DNA from: Mycoplasmatales bacterium
Lineage (GTDB): Bacteria; Bacillota_I; Bacilli_A; Mycoplasmatales; JABAAY01
DNA length: 64,000 bases
Direction: 5' to 3'
Assembly: GCA_014238225.1 (NCBI GenBank)
Contig: JABABL010000002.1
Span: 17,664-81,663, forward strand
Shown: positions 9,107-19,291 of the stretch, one piece after another
Numbering within the stretch: position 1 is the stretch's first letter
How the letters are laid out: every line of letters begins with the position of its first letter
Position numbers and translations under genes: made by a program
Notes under the pieces: generated by a model
Seen by the model: the letters and a program-made list of their open reading frames with translations, nothing else
The model's database searches: none
Told to the model about the DNA's origin: nothing

Positions 9107-10846
9107 TCACTCTAGTTTATTAAAAATATTTGTATATACAAAGGCAGATTTAGGGCATGCTCCTGTAGCCTCGAGTGCATCAGAATAACTAGTGGCTTTT
9201 CCAAGTTGTGTAAAAGATAGGTACCCTTTGAGCGCTCCTATTTCTTTATGAAAAACATCAGAAGCTAAACTAATTCCAGAAATATAAGGAATCATCACCT
9301 TAAATACAGAGTAGTCTTGGTACATCTGCTCAACTATGAAACTTCAAAGGCTGTCAGAAGGAAATCCTTTTTTTTCGTTTTTAGTTTTAGGAAAATACTT
9401 GTTTACAAGTTCTCTGCTTTTTTCGAAAATATCCATCCCTGGATCTTTTGCTAACTTCATTTTTCTTCCTTTTTCGTGTGCTCATTTTTCTAACTCTAAG
9501 CACATACAAGGGTTGAAGACATTCGCAAGAAAGTCTTTAATATATTTTTCTAACAAAAATGCTTGTGTTTTTTTGTTTTTACTTGTGTGAACTACATGTT
9601 CAAGCAAGAGAAATTTTGTGAAAACTCCGGATGTTAATAAATTAACAAGAGGTGGTGTTTGAAACCCCTTCACCTGTTTAGTTGCACTTTTTAGGGAATG
9701 CACCGCAATTCCAATCTGTTCAGCCAACAAAATAAGGCTCAAAGGTGAATTATCTCATTTTATAGAAACATGCGGATAGACATTTGCATTACCCGAGGTA
9801 AATGATTCATCCTTTTTGTTTTTATCAGAACTCAAATCTACTAAATTATTGTCAAACAAAAATTCAACACTGCTTCAGTATTCTTTTCCCAAGGGCTTAA
9901 ATGCATGCTTAAGAATTTGTATAGCTTCTTCAATGCTTATTTCTTCATCTGTTTGAATAAGTGGTCCATTTCAATCCCATGGTTCTGGATTATCAATTTT
10001 AGTAATTTTAGCAATGGTTTCTTTTCATTGAATAACAAGGTTTGTCTTCTTTTCAACGTGTTGGATTACTGTCGAAAACACCTCTTCATCTATTCTTTCA
10101 CTGAATAAAAAGGAATCAAGAACACTATTAAAATGTCTTAATTTAGCGACTTCATTTTGCGATTTTATGTGCAAATCATAGAGAGTTATAAATAAAGAAG
10201 AACTGTAATTAACCGTGGATCACAAAGATTGATAGGCGCTTTTTCGTAATTCAGTATCTTCGTTATATAAAAATACTGGTAAATTTTGCATAAATAAATT
10301 GTACATTTTTCCATCTTTGTCACGAACAGGTGTAAATCTCAAAGATCTTGTCATAAGATCATTTCGAACAATTGATGGCGAACTGATAAGTGGTGCAAAT
10401 GTATTTAAAAATTTATTTTGCCTATGGTCTGCTCTGTGAGCAGAAGCTTTAAAAAACTCTTCATATACCTTTTTGTATCCAGATATCTCGTTATTTTTTA
10501 AATACCCCATAACTTTTTCTTCACTACTCAATATTTCAAGGCTTGAGAAAGAAACGTGTCGATCTCCTTGCCCTAACATTGATTGGATTTGGTGATAGCT
10601 TCGTGCTGCTTTTGCATCAGTTGTGTTGCTTGAGTGTTTTAAAAATAAATAAGTTTGCATTATGTTTGCAAGAAAGACTGTTTCTTCCGAATGTTTTATA
10701 TATTTAGTAAAGTTTTCCAAATTTTCGGTTATCTTCCCCTTCATTTTTATAATCTCATTGATAGCGACTTCATATGATTTTTGATATTCTTCTACTGTTT
10801 TACCGTTAAGTATTTTCTCAACGTTTCATTTATATTTTTGTTCCAT
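9107..10846 (-). CDS. Oligoendopeptidase F (M3B)-like protein lacking the HExxH zinc motif
   Basis: 579-aa reading frame, open under code 4; ORF-track pieces 9107, 9482 and 10220 share one frame. The region that aligns by eye to the M3B 'TLxHExGHxxHS' block reads 'LLAEQIGIAVHS'. No HExxH occurs anywhere in the protein. Confidence 0.6.
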
Positions 10847-10848
10847 TT

Positions 10849-11316
10849 TTATTTTTTACTACTAAAATGTTTTTTGTAGTCTCCGTACCCCTTTTCGTTT
10901 AATTTGTCTTCGGGAATGAAAGATAGACTTGCAGAATTAATGCAGTATCTCATACCGTTTGGTGAAGAAGTGTCTCCCTTGAAAAGATGCCCAAGGTGGG
11001 AACCAGAAGTTGATTTTACTTCTGTTCTAATCATTCCGTGCGAAACATCTTTTTTTTCTATAACTTTATCACTGTCAATTACAGCTGTAAATGAAGGTCA
11101 TCCAGTACCAGAATCGAATTTATCCAAACTTGAAAAAAGAGGCTCTCCAGAAACTACATCAACATAAATGCCCTTGCCTTTTTCATTTCAATACTCGTTA
11201 TCAAAAGCAGGTTCTGTTCCTGAATTTTGCGTAACATGATACTGAAGTTCAGTTAATTTCATTTTTAAATCTGTTTTTTTCGTCTCGAAAGTGTTTTTTT
11301 TCTTGTTTTTGAACAT
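10849..11316 (-). CDS. msrB: Peptide-methionine (R)-S-oxide reductase MsrB (form without Zn-binding CxxC pairs)
   Basis: 155 aa. '[23 protein letters not shown]', 'FDSGTGWPSF', 'HLGHLFKGD', 'RYCINS' match MsrB. The positions of the two CxxC motifs read DVVS and STSGS. Confidence 0.85.
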
Positions 11317-11324
11317 CAAAGTTA

Positions 11325-12509
11325 TTATGAAATTATGTCGGTAACGTTTCCAGCACCAACAGTTCGTCCGCCTTCTCTTATTGAAAATTTAGTACCTTTT
11401 TCAATAGCGATCGGAGCAATTAACTCTATTTCAAGTTCGATATTGTCACCAGGCATAACCATTTCTACATCTTTCGGTAATGTTGCAGCACCAGTAATAT
11501 CAGTGGTTCTAAAGTAAAATTGTGGTCTGTAATTATTAAAGAATGGGGTATGTCTTCCACCCTCTTCTTTTGTTAATGCATATACTTGTGCTTTAAATTT
11601 TTTGTGTGGTGTAACAGATCCTGGTTTAACAACTACCTGTCCTCTTTGAATGTCGTTTCTCTCAACACCTCTTAGTAAAAGTCCAACGTTATCCCCAGCA
11701 CGAGCATCATCTAAAAGTTTTCTAAACATTTCAATTCCTGTAACAACAGTCTTTTTAGTAGGAACAACGCCAACTATTTCAACATTATCGTTTAACTTAA
11801 GCGCTCCTCTTTCAACTCTTCCGGTTGCAACTGTACCACGTCCAGTAATAGTGAAGACATCTTCAACTGCCAATAAAAATGGTTTGTCAATATCTCTGAC
11901 TGGTGTAGGGATTGATTCATCGACTGCATCCATTAATTCATCAATTTTTCCTTCTCATTTAGGATCATTGTTTAATGCGCCAAGAGCACTTCCTCTAATA
12001 ACGATGGCATTGTCTCCATCGAAATCGTATTGAGTAAGTAAATCTCTAACTTCTACTTCAACAAGATCTATTAGTTCTTCATCATCTACAATGTCGCACT
12101 TATTTAGGAATACAACAACATTAGGAACACCCACTTGGCGTGCCAATAAAATGTGTTCTCTTGTTTGAGGCATAGGGCCATCGGTCGCAGCAACAACAAG
12201 AATAGAACCATCCATTTGTGCAGCTCCAGTAATCATGTTTTTAATATAGTCGGCGTGACCAGGACAGTCAACATGAGCATAGTGTCTTTTGTCTGTTTCG
12301 TATTCAACGTGAGCAGTGTTAATTGTTATACCACGTTCTTTTTCTTCAGGTGCTCCATCAATATCTTCATATTTCATAACTGTTGCTTTACCTTGTTTAG
12401 CTAAAACATTGGTGATTGCAGCTGTTAGTGTTGTTTTACCGTGGTCAACGTGTCCGATCGTTCCTATATTTACGTGGGGCTTTGACCTATCAAATTTTTC
12501 TTTTGCCAT
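11325..12509 (-). CDS. tuf: Elongation factor Tu
   Basis: 394 aa. '[10 protein letters not shown]', 'DCPGHADY', 'NKCD' are present. One TGA-Trp at 11955-11957. Confidence 0.97.
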
Positions 12510-12606
12510 TTTTTTTCTCCTCTTTGGTTTTTAAAGTTTTTATTCTATTACAAATTATATACAAACTATTATGATTATGTACACAAAACATTTTTTTAAT
12601 TAAAAA

Positions 12607-14676
12607 TTATTTTTTAGCTGAGTCAGCGATTATTTCTTCTACGGTGCTTTTAGGAGCTTTTTCATAACTACTGAACTGCATCGTGTAATTTCCTCTTCCT
12701 TGAGAAAAAGATCTTAAGTCGGTAGCGTATCCAAACATTTCTCTTAACGGAACTTTGGAACGTACAACATTAGTATTGCCTCTCTCTTCGGTGTATTCAA
12801 TTGTACCTCTTCTAGCAGAAAGGTCTCCCATAACATCGCCAAAGTAATCTTGAGGAACAATAACTTCAACATCCATAATCGGTTCTAGTAAAATTGGTTC
12901 ACAGTTTTTCTTTGATTCCTTTAGAGCCAAGCTAGCAGCAATTTTAAAAGCAACTTCGCTCGAGTCAACATCGTGATAAGAACCATCATATAATGAAGCC
13001 TTAACATCGATCATCGGATATCCAGCAATAATTCCAGTTGCAAGAGCATCTCTAATTCCATCGCGCACAGGATTAATGTATTCACGAGGAACACGCCCTC
13101 CCACGACTTTGTTAACAAATTCGTATCCTTTATCTTTATTAGGCTCAAATTTAATTCATACGTGCCCGTATTGACCACGACCACCTGATTGACGAATATA
13201 CTTACCTTCGCAATTCCCAACTTTTGTTAGTGTCTCACGATACGAAACTTGTGGTTCACCAACGTTCGCTTCTACTTTAAACTCTCTTTTTAAACGATCA
13301 ACAATAATTTCTAAGTGTAATTCTCCCATTCCAGCAATAATAGTTTGCCCGGTTTCATGATTAGTAAATGTTTTGAATGTTGGATCTTCCTCTGCTAATT
13401 TATTTAAAGCGATGATTGATCTTTCTTGATCAGCCTTTGTTTTAGGTTCAATTGCAAGAGAAATAACTGGTTCTGGGAAAACCATAGACTCAAGAATAAT
13501 TTTGCTGTTTTCGTCACAAATAGTATCACCAGTAGTGGTATCTTTCAATCCCACAATCGCGGCGATGTCTCCTGCGGAAACTTCTTTTATTTCTTCTCTT
13601 TTGTTGGCATGCATTTGCAAAATTCTTCCAACTCTTTCTTTTTTATTTTTAGTTGCATTGAATACATAAGATCCTGCCTTTAATGTACCACTGTAAACCC
13701 TCGCGAAAGTTAATTTACCAACATAAGGGTCTGTCATAACTTTAAATGCTAAAGAAGAAAAGGGACCGTCTACTCTGGGTTCGCGTGTTTCTTCTTCGTC
13801 TTTCATATTAACACCCACAATAGCAGGAACATCTAAGGGAGAAGGCAAATAGTCTAAAACTGCGTCTAATAAAAGTTTAACACCCTTATTTTTAAAAGCA
13901 GAGCCACATATTGTTGCATGAAATTCTCCTTCTATAACGCCTTTTCTAATTGCTCTTTTTATTAATTCGTTAGGAGCATCTTCATTTTCCAAGTACTCGG
14001 CCATTAAATCTTCATCGTATTCGGCAACAGCATCGATTAAAGTATGTCTCATTTCTGTTGCTTTTTCAAGTAAATCTTGAGGAATGTCTTTTATTACTGC
14101 TTCCTCTTCTTTTTTACCGTCAAAAAAGTGTGCCTTCATTTCTATCAAATCAATTATTCCTACAAAATCATCTTCACTTCCGATAGGAAGTTGAATGGCT
14201 GATGCCTTAGCTCCCAGTCTTTTTCCGATTGAGGCTAATGAATATTCAAAGTCAGCACCAATTTTATCCATTTTATTTACAAAAATAATTCTTGGAACTT
14301 TATACAAGGAAGCTTGTCTTCATACTGTTTCGGTTTGAGGTTCGACACCGCTTTGTCCATCTAAAACAGCAACAGCTCCATCCAAAACTCTTAAACTTCT
14401 TTCTACTTCAACAGTAAAATCAACGTGTCCGGGAGTATCGATAATATTAACTCTATGATCTTTTCAAAATGCTGTAGTAGCCGCGGATGTAATGGTGATT
14501 CCGCGTTCTTGCTCCTGCGCCATTCAGTCCATGGTTGCCGCACCTTCATGTACTTCACCAATTTTATAAATACGACCAGTATGAAATAAAATTCTTTCTG
14601 TTGTGGTTGTTTTACCGGCATCAATATGAGCCATAATACCTATATTACGATATTTTATTAGTGGATATTTTTCCAT
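12607..14676 (-). CDS. fusA: Elongation factor G
   Basis: 689 aa across TGA codons. '[20 protein letters not shown]', 'DTPGHVDF', 'FVNKMDK' are present. Start ATG at 14676. Confidence 0.96.
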
Positions 14677-14682
14677 ATTTAT

Positions 14683-15150
14683 TTATCAACGATAGTGTGC
14701 AAAAGCTTTATTAGCGTCTGCCATTCTGTGAATTTCTTCTTTTTTCTTAACCGCTCCGCCTGTTAAATTGGAAGCATCAATAACTTCATTCATTAAATTT
14801 AGTATCATTGTTTTTCCATTTCTATTTCTTGCATTATTAACTAATCATCTAATTGCTAATGCTTGGGCTCTGTTGGGCGCAACTTTAATTGGAATTTGAT
14901 AGTTAGCTCCCCCTATTCGACGTACTTTTAATTCAAGAACAGGCTTGATATTCTCTAGTGCTAACTCAAAAACCTCCAGCGCGGGTTTGTTTAGTTTTTG
15001 TTCTACCATGAATAAAGCACCATAAACTATTTTCTGCGCCTTTGCTTTTTTTCCATCCAACATTACTTTATTAACTAACTTTGTTATAACCAAAGAGTTA
15101 TACAGTGGATCGCTTAGAACTTTTCTTTTATCTGGTTTTAGTTTTCTCAT
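14683..15150 (-). CDS. rpsG: 30S ribosomal protein S7
   Basis: 155 aa. '[19 protein letters not shown]...'. It ends '...AFAHYRW' with the Trp encoded by TGA (14686-14688), then TAA. Confidence 0.94.
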
Positions 15151-15561
15151 CTAGTTTCCTGTTTTACTTCCGTAAAGACTTCTGCTTTTTTTTCTTCCCT
15201 CAACACCTGATGTATCCAATGCTCCACGAATAATATGGTATCGTACTCCTGGCAAATCTTTCACACGGCCGCCTCTAATCATAACTAAGGAGTGTTCTTG
15301 AAGATTGTGTCCTTCTCCAGGAATGTAAGCTGTGACCTCCATTTTGTTTGTTAGACGAACTCTTGCGTATTTCCTCAAGGCAGAATTAGGTTTTTTAGGT
15401 GTCATGGTTGCAACCCTTGTACATACTCCTCTTTTTTGTGGTGCTGCTAATGTGTTATATTTCTTTCTAACACTATTGAAGCTACGTTGTAAAGCAGGCG
15501 ATTTGCTTTTTTTTACTTTTACTTTTCTTCTTTTTCTTATTAATTGATTGACTGTTGGCAT
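15151..15561 (-). CDS. rpsL: 30S ribosomal protein S12
   Basis: 136 aa. '[13 protein letters not shown]', '[18 protein letters not shown]', '[30 protein letters not shown]' match S12. Confidence 0.97.
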   Translation of the reverse strand: MPTVNQLIRKRRKVKVKKSKSPALQRSFNSVRKKYNTLAAPQKRGVCTRVATMTPKKPNSALRKYARVRLTNKMEVTAYIPGEGHNLQEHSLVMIRGGRVKDLPGVRYHIIRGALDTSGVEGRKKSRSLYGSKTGN

Positions 15562-15671
15562 AGTTCTTCTAATCCTTAAAATTAATTATATAGAAAAATA
15601 TCTAAATGCTTAAATGAATTGTATAAATTAATAAAAATATATATAATTAAATTAAGAAATTAAGGAGAAAC
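15562..15671. promoter_or_regulatory. Divergent AT-rich promoter region between rpsL (-) and rplW (+)
   Basis: 110-nt intergenic region. On the plus strand there is TATAAT at 15642-15647 and a strong AAGGAG at 15662-15667, 4 nt before the rplW ATG. The rpsL promoter must lie in the same interval. Confidence 0.35.
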
Positions 15672-16349
15672 ATGGAATTAGAAACATATTCAATAATAGG
15701 AAAGCCCGTCATAACTGAAAAATCATTTAGATTGATGCAAGAAGAACAAAAGTATACCTTTGAAGTAAATCCACGAAGTCACAAAATACAAATTAAACAC
15801 GCGTTTGAAAAAGTGTTTAGTGTGAAAGTAGCTAAAATTAGCGTTATAAAAGGAATAAAGAAAAAGAAAAAAAGAGGGAAATACCAGGGAATGACAGCTG
15901 CACAAACAAAAGTTATTGTGAAACTAAAACCAGGATACAAACTAAATGTCTTTGAAGAAGAAAAATATATGGTTGACAATGCTGCAATAAAGGCTGTCTC
16001 GGATGATATAAAGGCAATTTCAAAATCCTCGCCAAAATCCACTGCTAAAAAAACAGTCGAGACAAAACCTACGACTAAGAAAACAACTGTAGCCAATTCC
16101 ACTGTCAAAAAAACAGTTGGAACAAAACCTGCTGCTAAAAAAACAACCGTACCTAAACCTGCTGCTAAAAAAACAACTGCTGCAAAACCCGTTACTAAAA
16201 AAACAGTTGGAACGAAACCTGCTGCTAAAAAAACAACTGCTGCAAAACCCGTTACTAAAAAAACAGTTGCGACTGCCCCCGCCGTTAAGAAGACAGCAGT
16301 AACTAAACCTGCCTCTAAAAGTGCCAGTAAACCATCAACTAAAAAATAG
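15672..16349 (+). CDS. rplW: 50S ribosomal protein L23, relocated, with ~125-aa Lys/Thr/Ala/Pro repeat tail
   Basis: 225 aa. The N-terminal ~95 aa, 'IIGKPVITEKSFRLMQEEQKYTFEVNPRSHKIQIKHAFEKVFSVKVAKISVI...KVIVKLKPGYKLNVF', match the L23 fold signature. The tail consists of (KKTxxxKPAA)n modules. Confidence 0.88.
   Translation: MELETYSIIGKPVITEKSFRLMQEEQKYTFEVNPRSHKIQIKHAFEKVFSVKVAKISVIKGIKKKKKRGKYQGMTAAQTKVIVKLKPGYKLNVFEEEKYMVDNAAIKAVSDDIKAISKSSPKSTAKKTVETKPTTKKTTVANSTVKKTVGTKPAAKKTTVPKPAAKKTTAAKPVTKKTVGTKPAAKKTTAAKPVTKKTVATAPAVKKTAVTKPASKSASKPSTKK
16155..16274 (+). repeat. Direct tandem duplication (60-nt period) inside the rplW tail
   Basis: 16155-16209 is identical to 16215-16269 ('aaacctgctgctaaaaaaacaactgctgcaaaacccgttactaaaaaaacagttg'). 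Shorter related modules lie upstream from ~16060. Confidence 0.9.
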
Positions 16350-16384
16350 TATTAAATTGATTGCTTAAATTATTTTTGGAATGT

Positions 16385-16597
16385 TTACTCGTGGATGTTA
16401 TCACATGCTTCTTTAAGAAGTTTAATGCGGTGAATAATCAAACTGAAATTTGTATGTTCTTGGCTGATGGGTTCTTCCCCTAGTTCCTTAGTAGTCAAAC
16501 CAGCAACTTCAACACTCAGGGTATTAATATCGTTTTCAATTGCAAAGTATCTTTTCATGATTTCTTCCCTTGTTATCTCTGTTTTCGTTTTTTTCAT
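16385..16597 (-). CDS. Hypothetical 70-aa protein (helical, acidic)
   Basis: ATG..TAA ORF: MKKTKTEITREEIMKRYFAIENDINTLSVEVAGLTTKELGEEPISQEHTNFSLIIHRIKLLKEACDNIHE. It is divergent from the three-paralogue operon. I recognise no motif. Confidence 0.4.
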   Translation of the reverse strand: MKKTKTEITREEIMKRYFAIENDINTLSVEVAGLTTKELGEEPISQEHTNFSLIIHRIKLLKEACDNIHE

Positions 16598-16728
16598 ATC
16601 TGCCTGCCTTTGAATTATTTTGTATATTTAAATATTACACTATCACATGAAGATATAATTAAACAACCTTTTTCATTACAAAATCGATACATTTCTCTAA
16701 AATTTTTTATTTTGTGACATTGAAAAAG

Positions 16729-16737
16729 TGATAGAAT
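16729..16737 (+). promoter_or_regulatory. Candidate extended -10 element (TGATAGAAT) upstream of the paralogue operon
   Basis: TGnTAnAAT-like element ~30 nt before the ATG at 16768, with an AAGGA Shine-Dalgarno sequence at ~16753. No clear -35 element. Confidence 0.3.
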
Positions 16738-16767
16738 AAACCAATAAATATTAAGGATAATAGCTTT

Positions 16768-18012
16768 ATGTCAAAAAAGAAAATATTGAAAACAATTATC
16801 AGCGCAGCAAGTGTTTCAGCACTTGTTGGTCCCGTTGTAACAGTTATAAAAACTTCTCAAAAAGAAGATGTTAACGATAATGTAACTGTGGAAGAGGTTA
16901 ACGACCACGAAACAGTGGCAGTAACCCTGGAGCAAAACGAGAGAATAGATGCTACCGATATTCCTATTATTATCGGTGGGTGAATGAACATAGCTGCTCA
17001 GCTGGGAATTGCTCATGATTCTTCATCTGGTAGAGGCTGAAATAATATGTTTTGAGGAAATCAATGAAACTTTGACTGAAATCCCACAAGCGCACTAAAA
17101 GAATATAAAGATGGATTAATTGGATACCAACACCCTTTATCGGATCCAAACCTTGTAAAAGATGGTGTTTTTACCTACTCTGATTACCGTAGTGCTGACA
17201 CACGAACAGGTAATAGACATGCTTATGTTTTAAACGATGGTTCTTTCAATTCCACTTTAGACTACGATAACTATGAAACGGATGTTTTTTATAACTACAA
17301 TTCTGGTGATGGTGGTTCCCCTATTTTGACCTCAAAATTAGAAAGTAGTTTTAAACTTGGAAGTAATCCAAACTTACAAGATGATGTAAGTTCCTCCTTT
17401 CTTCTGTTGTTGTACAGTATGTTCATTACTGGGGAGGGTGCGAAATTAACTGGCGACCCTACATGAGATACTGCTCCTGAAACTCTTTTCTTATCACCTG
17501 TTTTGCAGTTACGCAGAAGCAGTCCTCCTACCGGATACAATGATCTTTCTATTGCCGCAGCTATCGGAACCGCAGCAGTGGGGGCAATTATTGGAGGAGT
17601 TAGCGGAGGACCTATCGGTGCAATATCTGCAGCTGCTGGTCTGGGCTTAACTATGTTATTTACACCACAGTTAAATGGAATGGGTATTGCCGGAGTGAAA
17701 ACTTCTCTTGAACAACCTAACTATATATCAATTAAAGGTAGTAAAGACTTTCTATGATGAGAAAGCGTTAGATTAAAAAATAAATACTTTGAAGATGATT
17801 CATACAATATTGAGAAATTTTTCATGACCGACTTGACTTTAACTAGTACATTTAATGCGAAACTTAATTATGATGGGATGAATGGGTGAAAACCATGGGC
17901 TTCAATCACAGAACCTGGTGTATCATTTTCTTATATAGCGGAAGGTACCAGGACAATCACTAATTCAGAAACTTTCGATTTTTCTAATTGAATAATCGAG
18001 AAGAAAGACTAA
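16768..18012 (+). CDS. Paralogue 1 of 3: secreted or membrane protein of unknown family (414 aa)
   Basis: Open under code 4 (many TGA-Trp codons). Signal-like N-terminus 'MSKKKILKTIISAASVSALVGPVVTVIKTSQ' without a lipobox Cys. Motifs 'GRGWNNMFWGNQWNF', 'DDVSSSFLLLLYSMFITGEGAKLTGD', the Gly-rich hydrophobic stretch 'LSIAAAIGTAAVGAIIGGVSGGPIGAISAAAGLGLTMLF', and 'LKNKYFEDDSY...YDGMNGWKPW...FDFSNWIIEKKD'. Confidence 0.8.
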
Positions 18013-18018
18013 CAAATC

Positions 18019-19290
18019 ATGAAAATAAAAAATAGAAAAAAATTCACGCAAACACTGTTGGCCGCTTCAGGATCTGCTGCTCTAATAGGTCCTGCAATCA
18101 CAATGTTCAATACACAAACAGAAGTTAATGTTAATGATGATGAAAACATCGAACAAGTCACAGACTCTGAAACACTAAGCATAGATTTAAGCAAAACAGG
18201 TTCGTTGTGAAGTCCTGATATAAATTCTTTTTTTGGCGGTGATGCTGTATTCACTGCATCTTTGGGATTCGTTCACTCTGCATTAAGTGGTAGAGGATGA
18301 TCCAACATGTACTGAGGAAATGAGTGAACTTTTGATCACTCAACACACACGAATGAGAATTTAATATTTCGTGATTATGGTTTAGGAAGTCAAAAAGGAA
18401 TTGCTGCTTCGAGTGGAATAACAAACACCGCAGGAAGATCTTTCAAATACTCTGATCATAGAGAACAATTAGTTACTGAAAAGCAATACAAAAACGGCAA
18501 TTCAATTATTTTGAACAGAGGATCGTTAAATTCAACACTTGCATATGAGAACTACGAGATTGATGTCACTCAAGAGAGAAATGACGCTTCAACAAAAATA
18601 TTTGAGAGTAATTTACACAGTAACTTTACACTAGGGGAAAACCCCAACTTGCAGGATGATGTGAGTTCTTCCTTTCTTCTGTTACTTTATAGTATGTTCA
18701 TAACAGGAGAGAGTTACGAATTAACAGGTGATAGAACAATGGAAACTACTCCTGAAATTCAGTTTATTGAACCTGTCTTTCAACTAACACGAAACAGCGA
18801 ATTAAATAAGTACAATGATGTTTCCCTTGCTTCTGCTGTTACATCAGGATTATTGGGCGCGATTATCGGTGGAGTAAGTGGAGGACCTGCTGGTGCCATA
18901 GCCAATGGTGTTGGGTCCGCATTAATCGGTTTGTTTATGCCACAAATGAATGGAGCAGGTGCTGAAGGAGTTAAAATGTCATTAGAAGAACCTGATTTTG
19001 TTCCTATTGATGGAGCAAAAGCATTTCTTTGAGATAGTTCTGTAATGTTAAAGAACAAATATTTTGAAGATGAATCATATACTACAGATAAGTTCTTTAT
19101 TACTGACATTAGTTTAAACATGAATTTGGAAACAAAATTAAGTTATGACGGATGAAATGGCTGAAAGCCTTACGCAATAATGTCAAGCCCTTCTGTTTCA
19201 ATGTCTTATGTGGCTGAGGGTACTAGAATTATCACTACGGCAACTACTTACGATTATTCAAACTGACTTATAGAAAAGAGAGGGATATAG
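18019..19290 (+). CDS. Paralogue 2 of 3: secreted or membrane protein of unknown family (423 aa)
   Basis: Starts 6 nt after paralogue 1. 'MKIKNRKKFTQTLLAASGSAALIGPAITMFNTQ', 'GRGWSNMYWGNEWTF', 'DDVSSSFLLLLYSMFITGESYELTGD', 'VSLASAVTSGLLGAIIGGVSGGPAGAIANGVGSALIGLFMPQM', 'YDGWNGWKPY...YDYSNWLIEKRGI'. Confidence 0.8.
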
Positions 19291-19291
19291 A

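Noticed and set aside
14403-14624. Same-strand out-of-frame ORFs inside real genes: 14403-14624 in fusA, 13011-13220 in fusA, 28715-28915 in nrdA, 22049-22315 in rpoC, 45707-45901 in oppB, 51619-51828, 54096-54302, 55413-55604 in dnaB and 58454-58654 in rpsR
   Set aside because: They are in a different frame from the conserved protein that spans the same bases, and their sequences match nothing I recognise.
15980-16349. The periodic repeats in this region as a CRISPR array or non-coding satellite; also the alternative-frame ORF 16117-16302
   Set aside because: The repeats are in frame within the L23 ORF and encode KKTxxKPAA modules. No unique spacers of constant length are present and no cas genes are nearby. 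The alternative frame is a repeat artefact.
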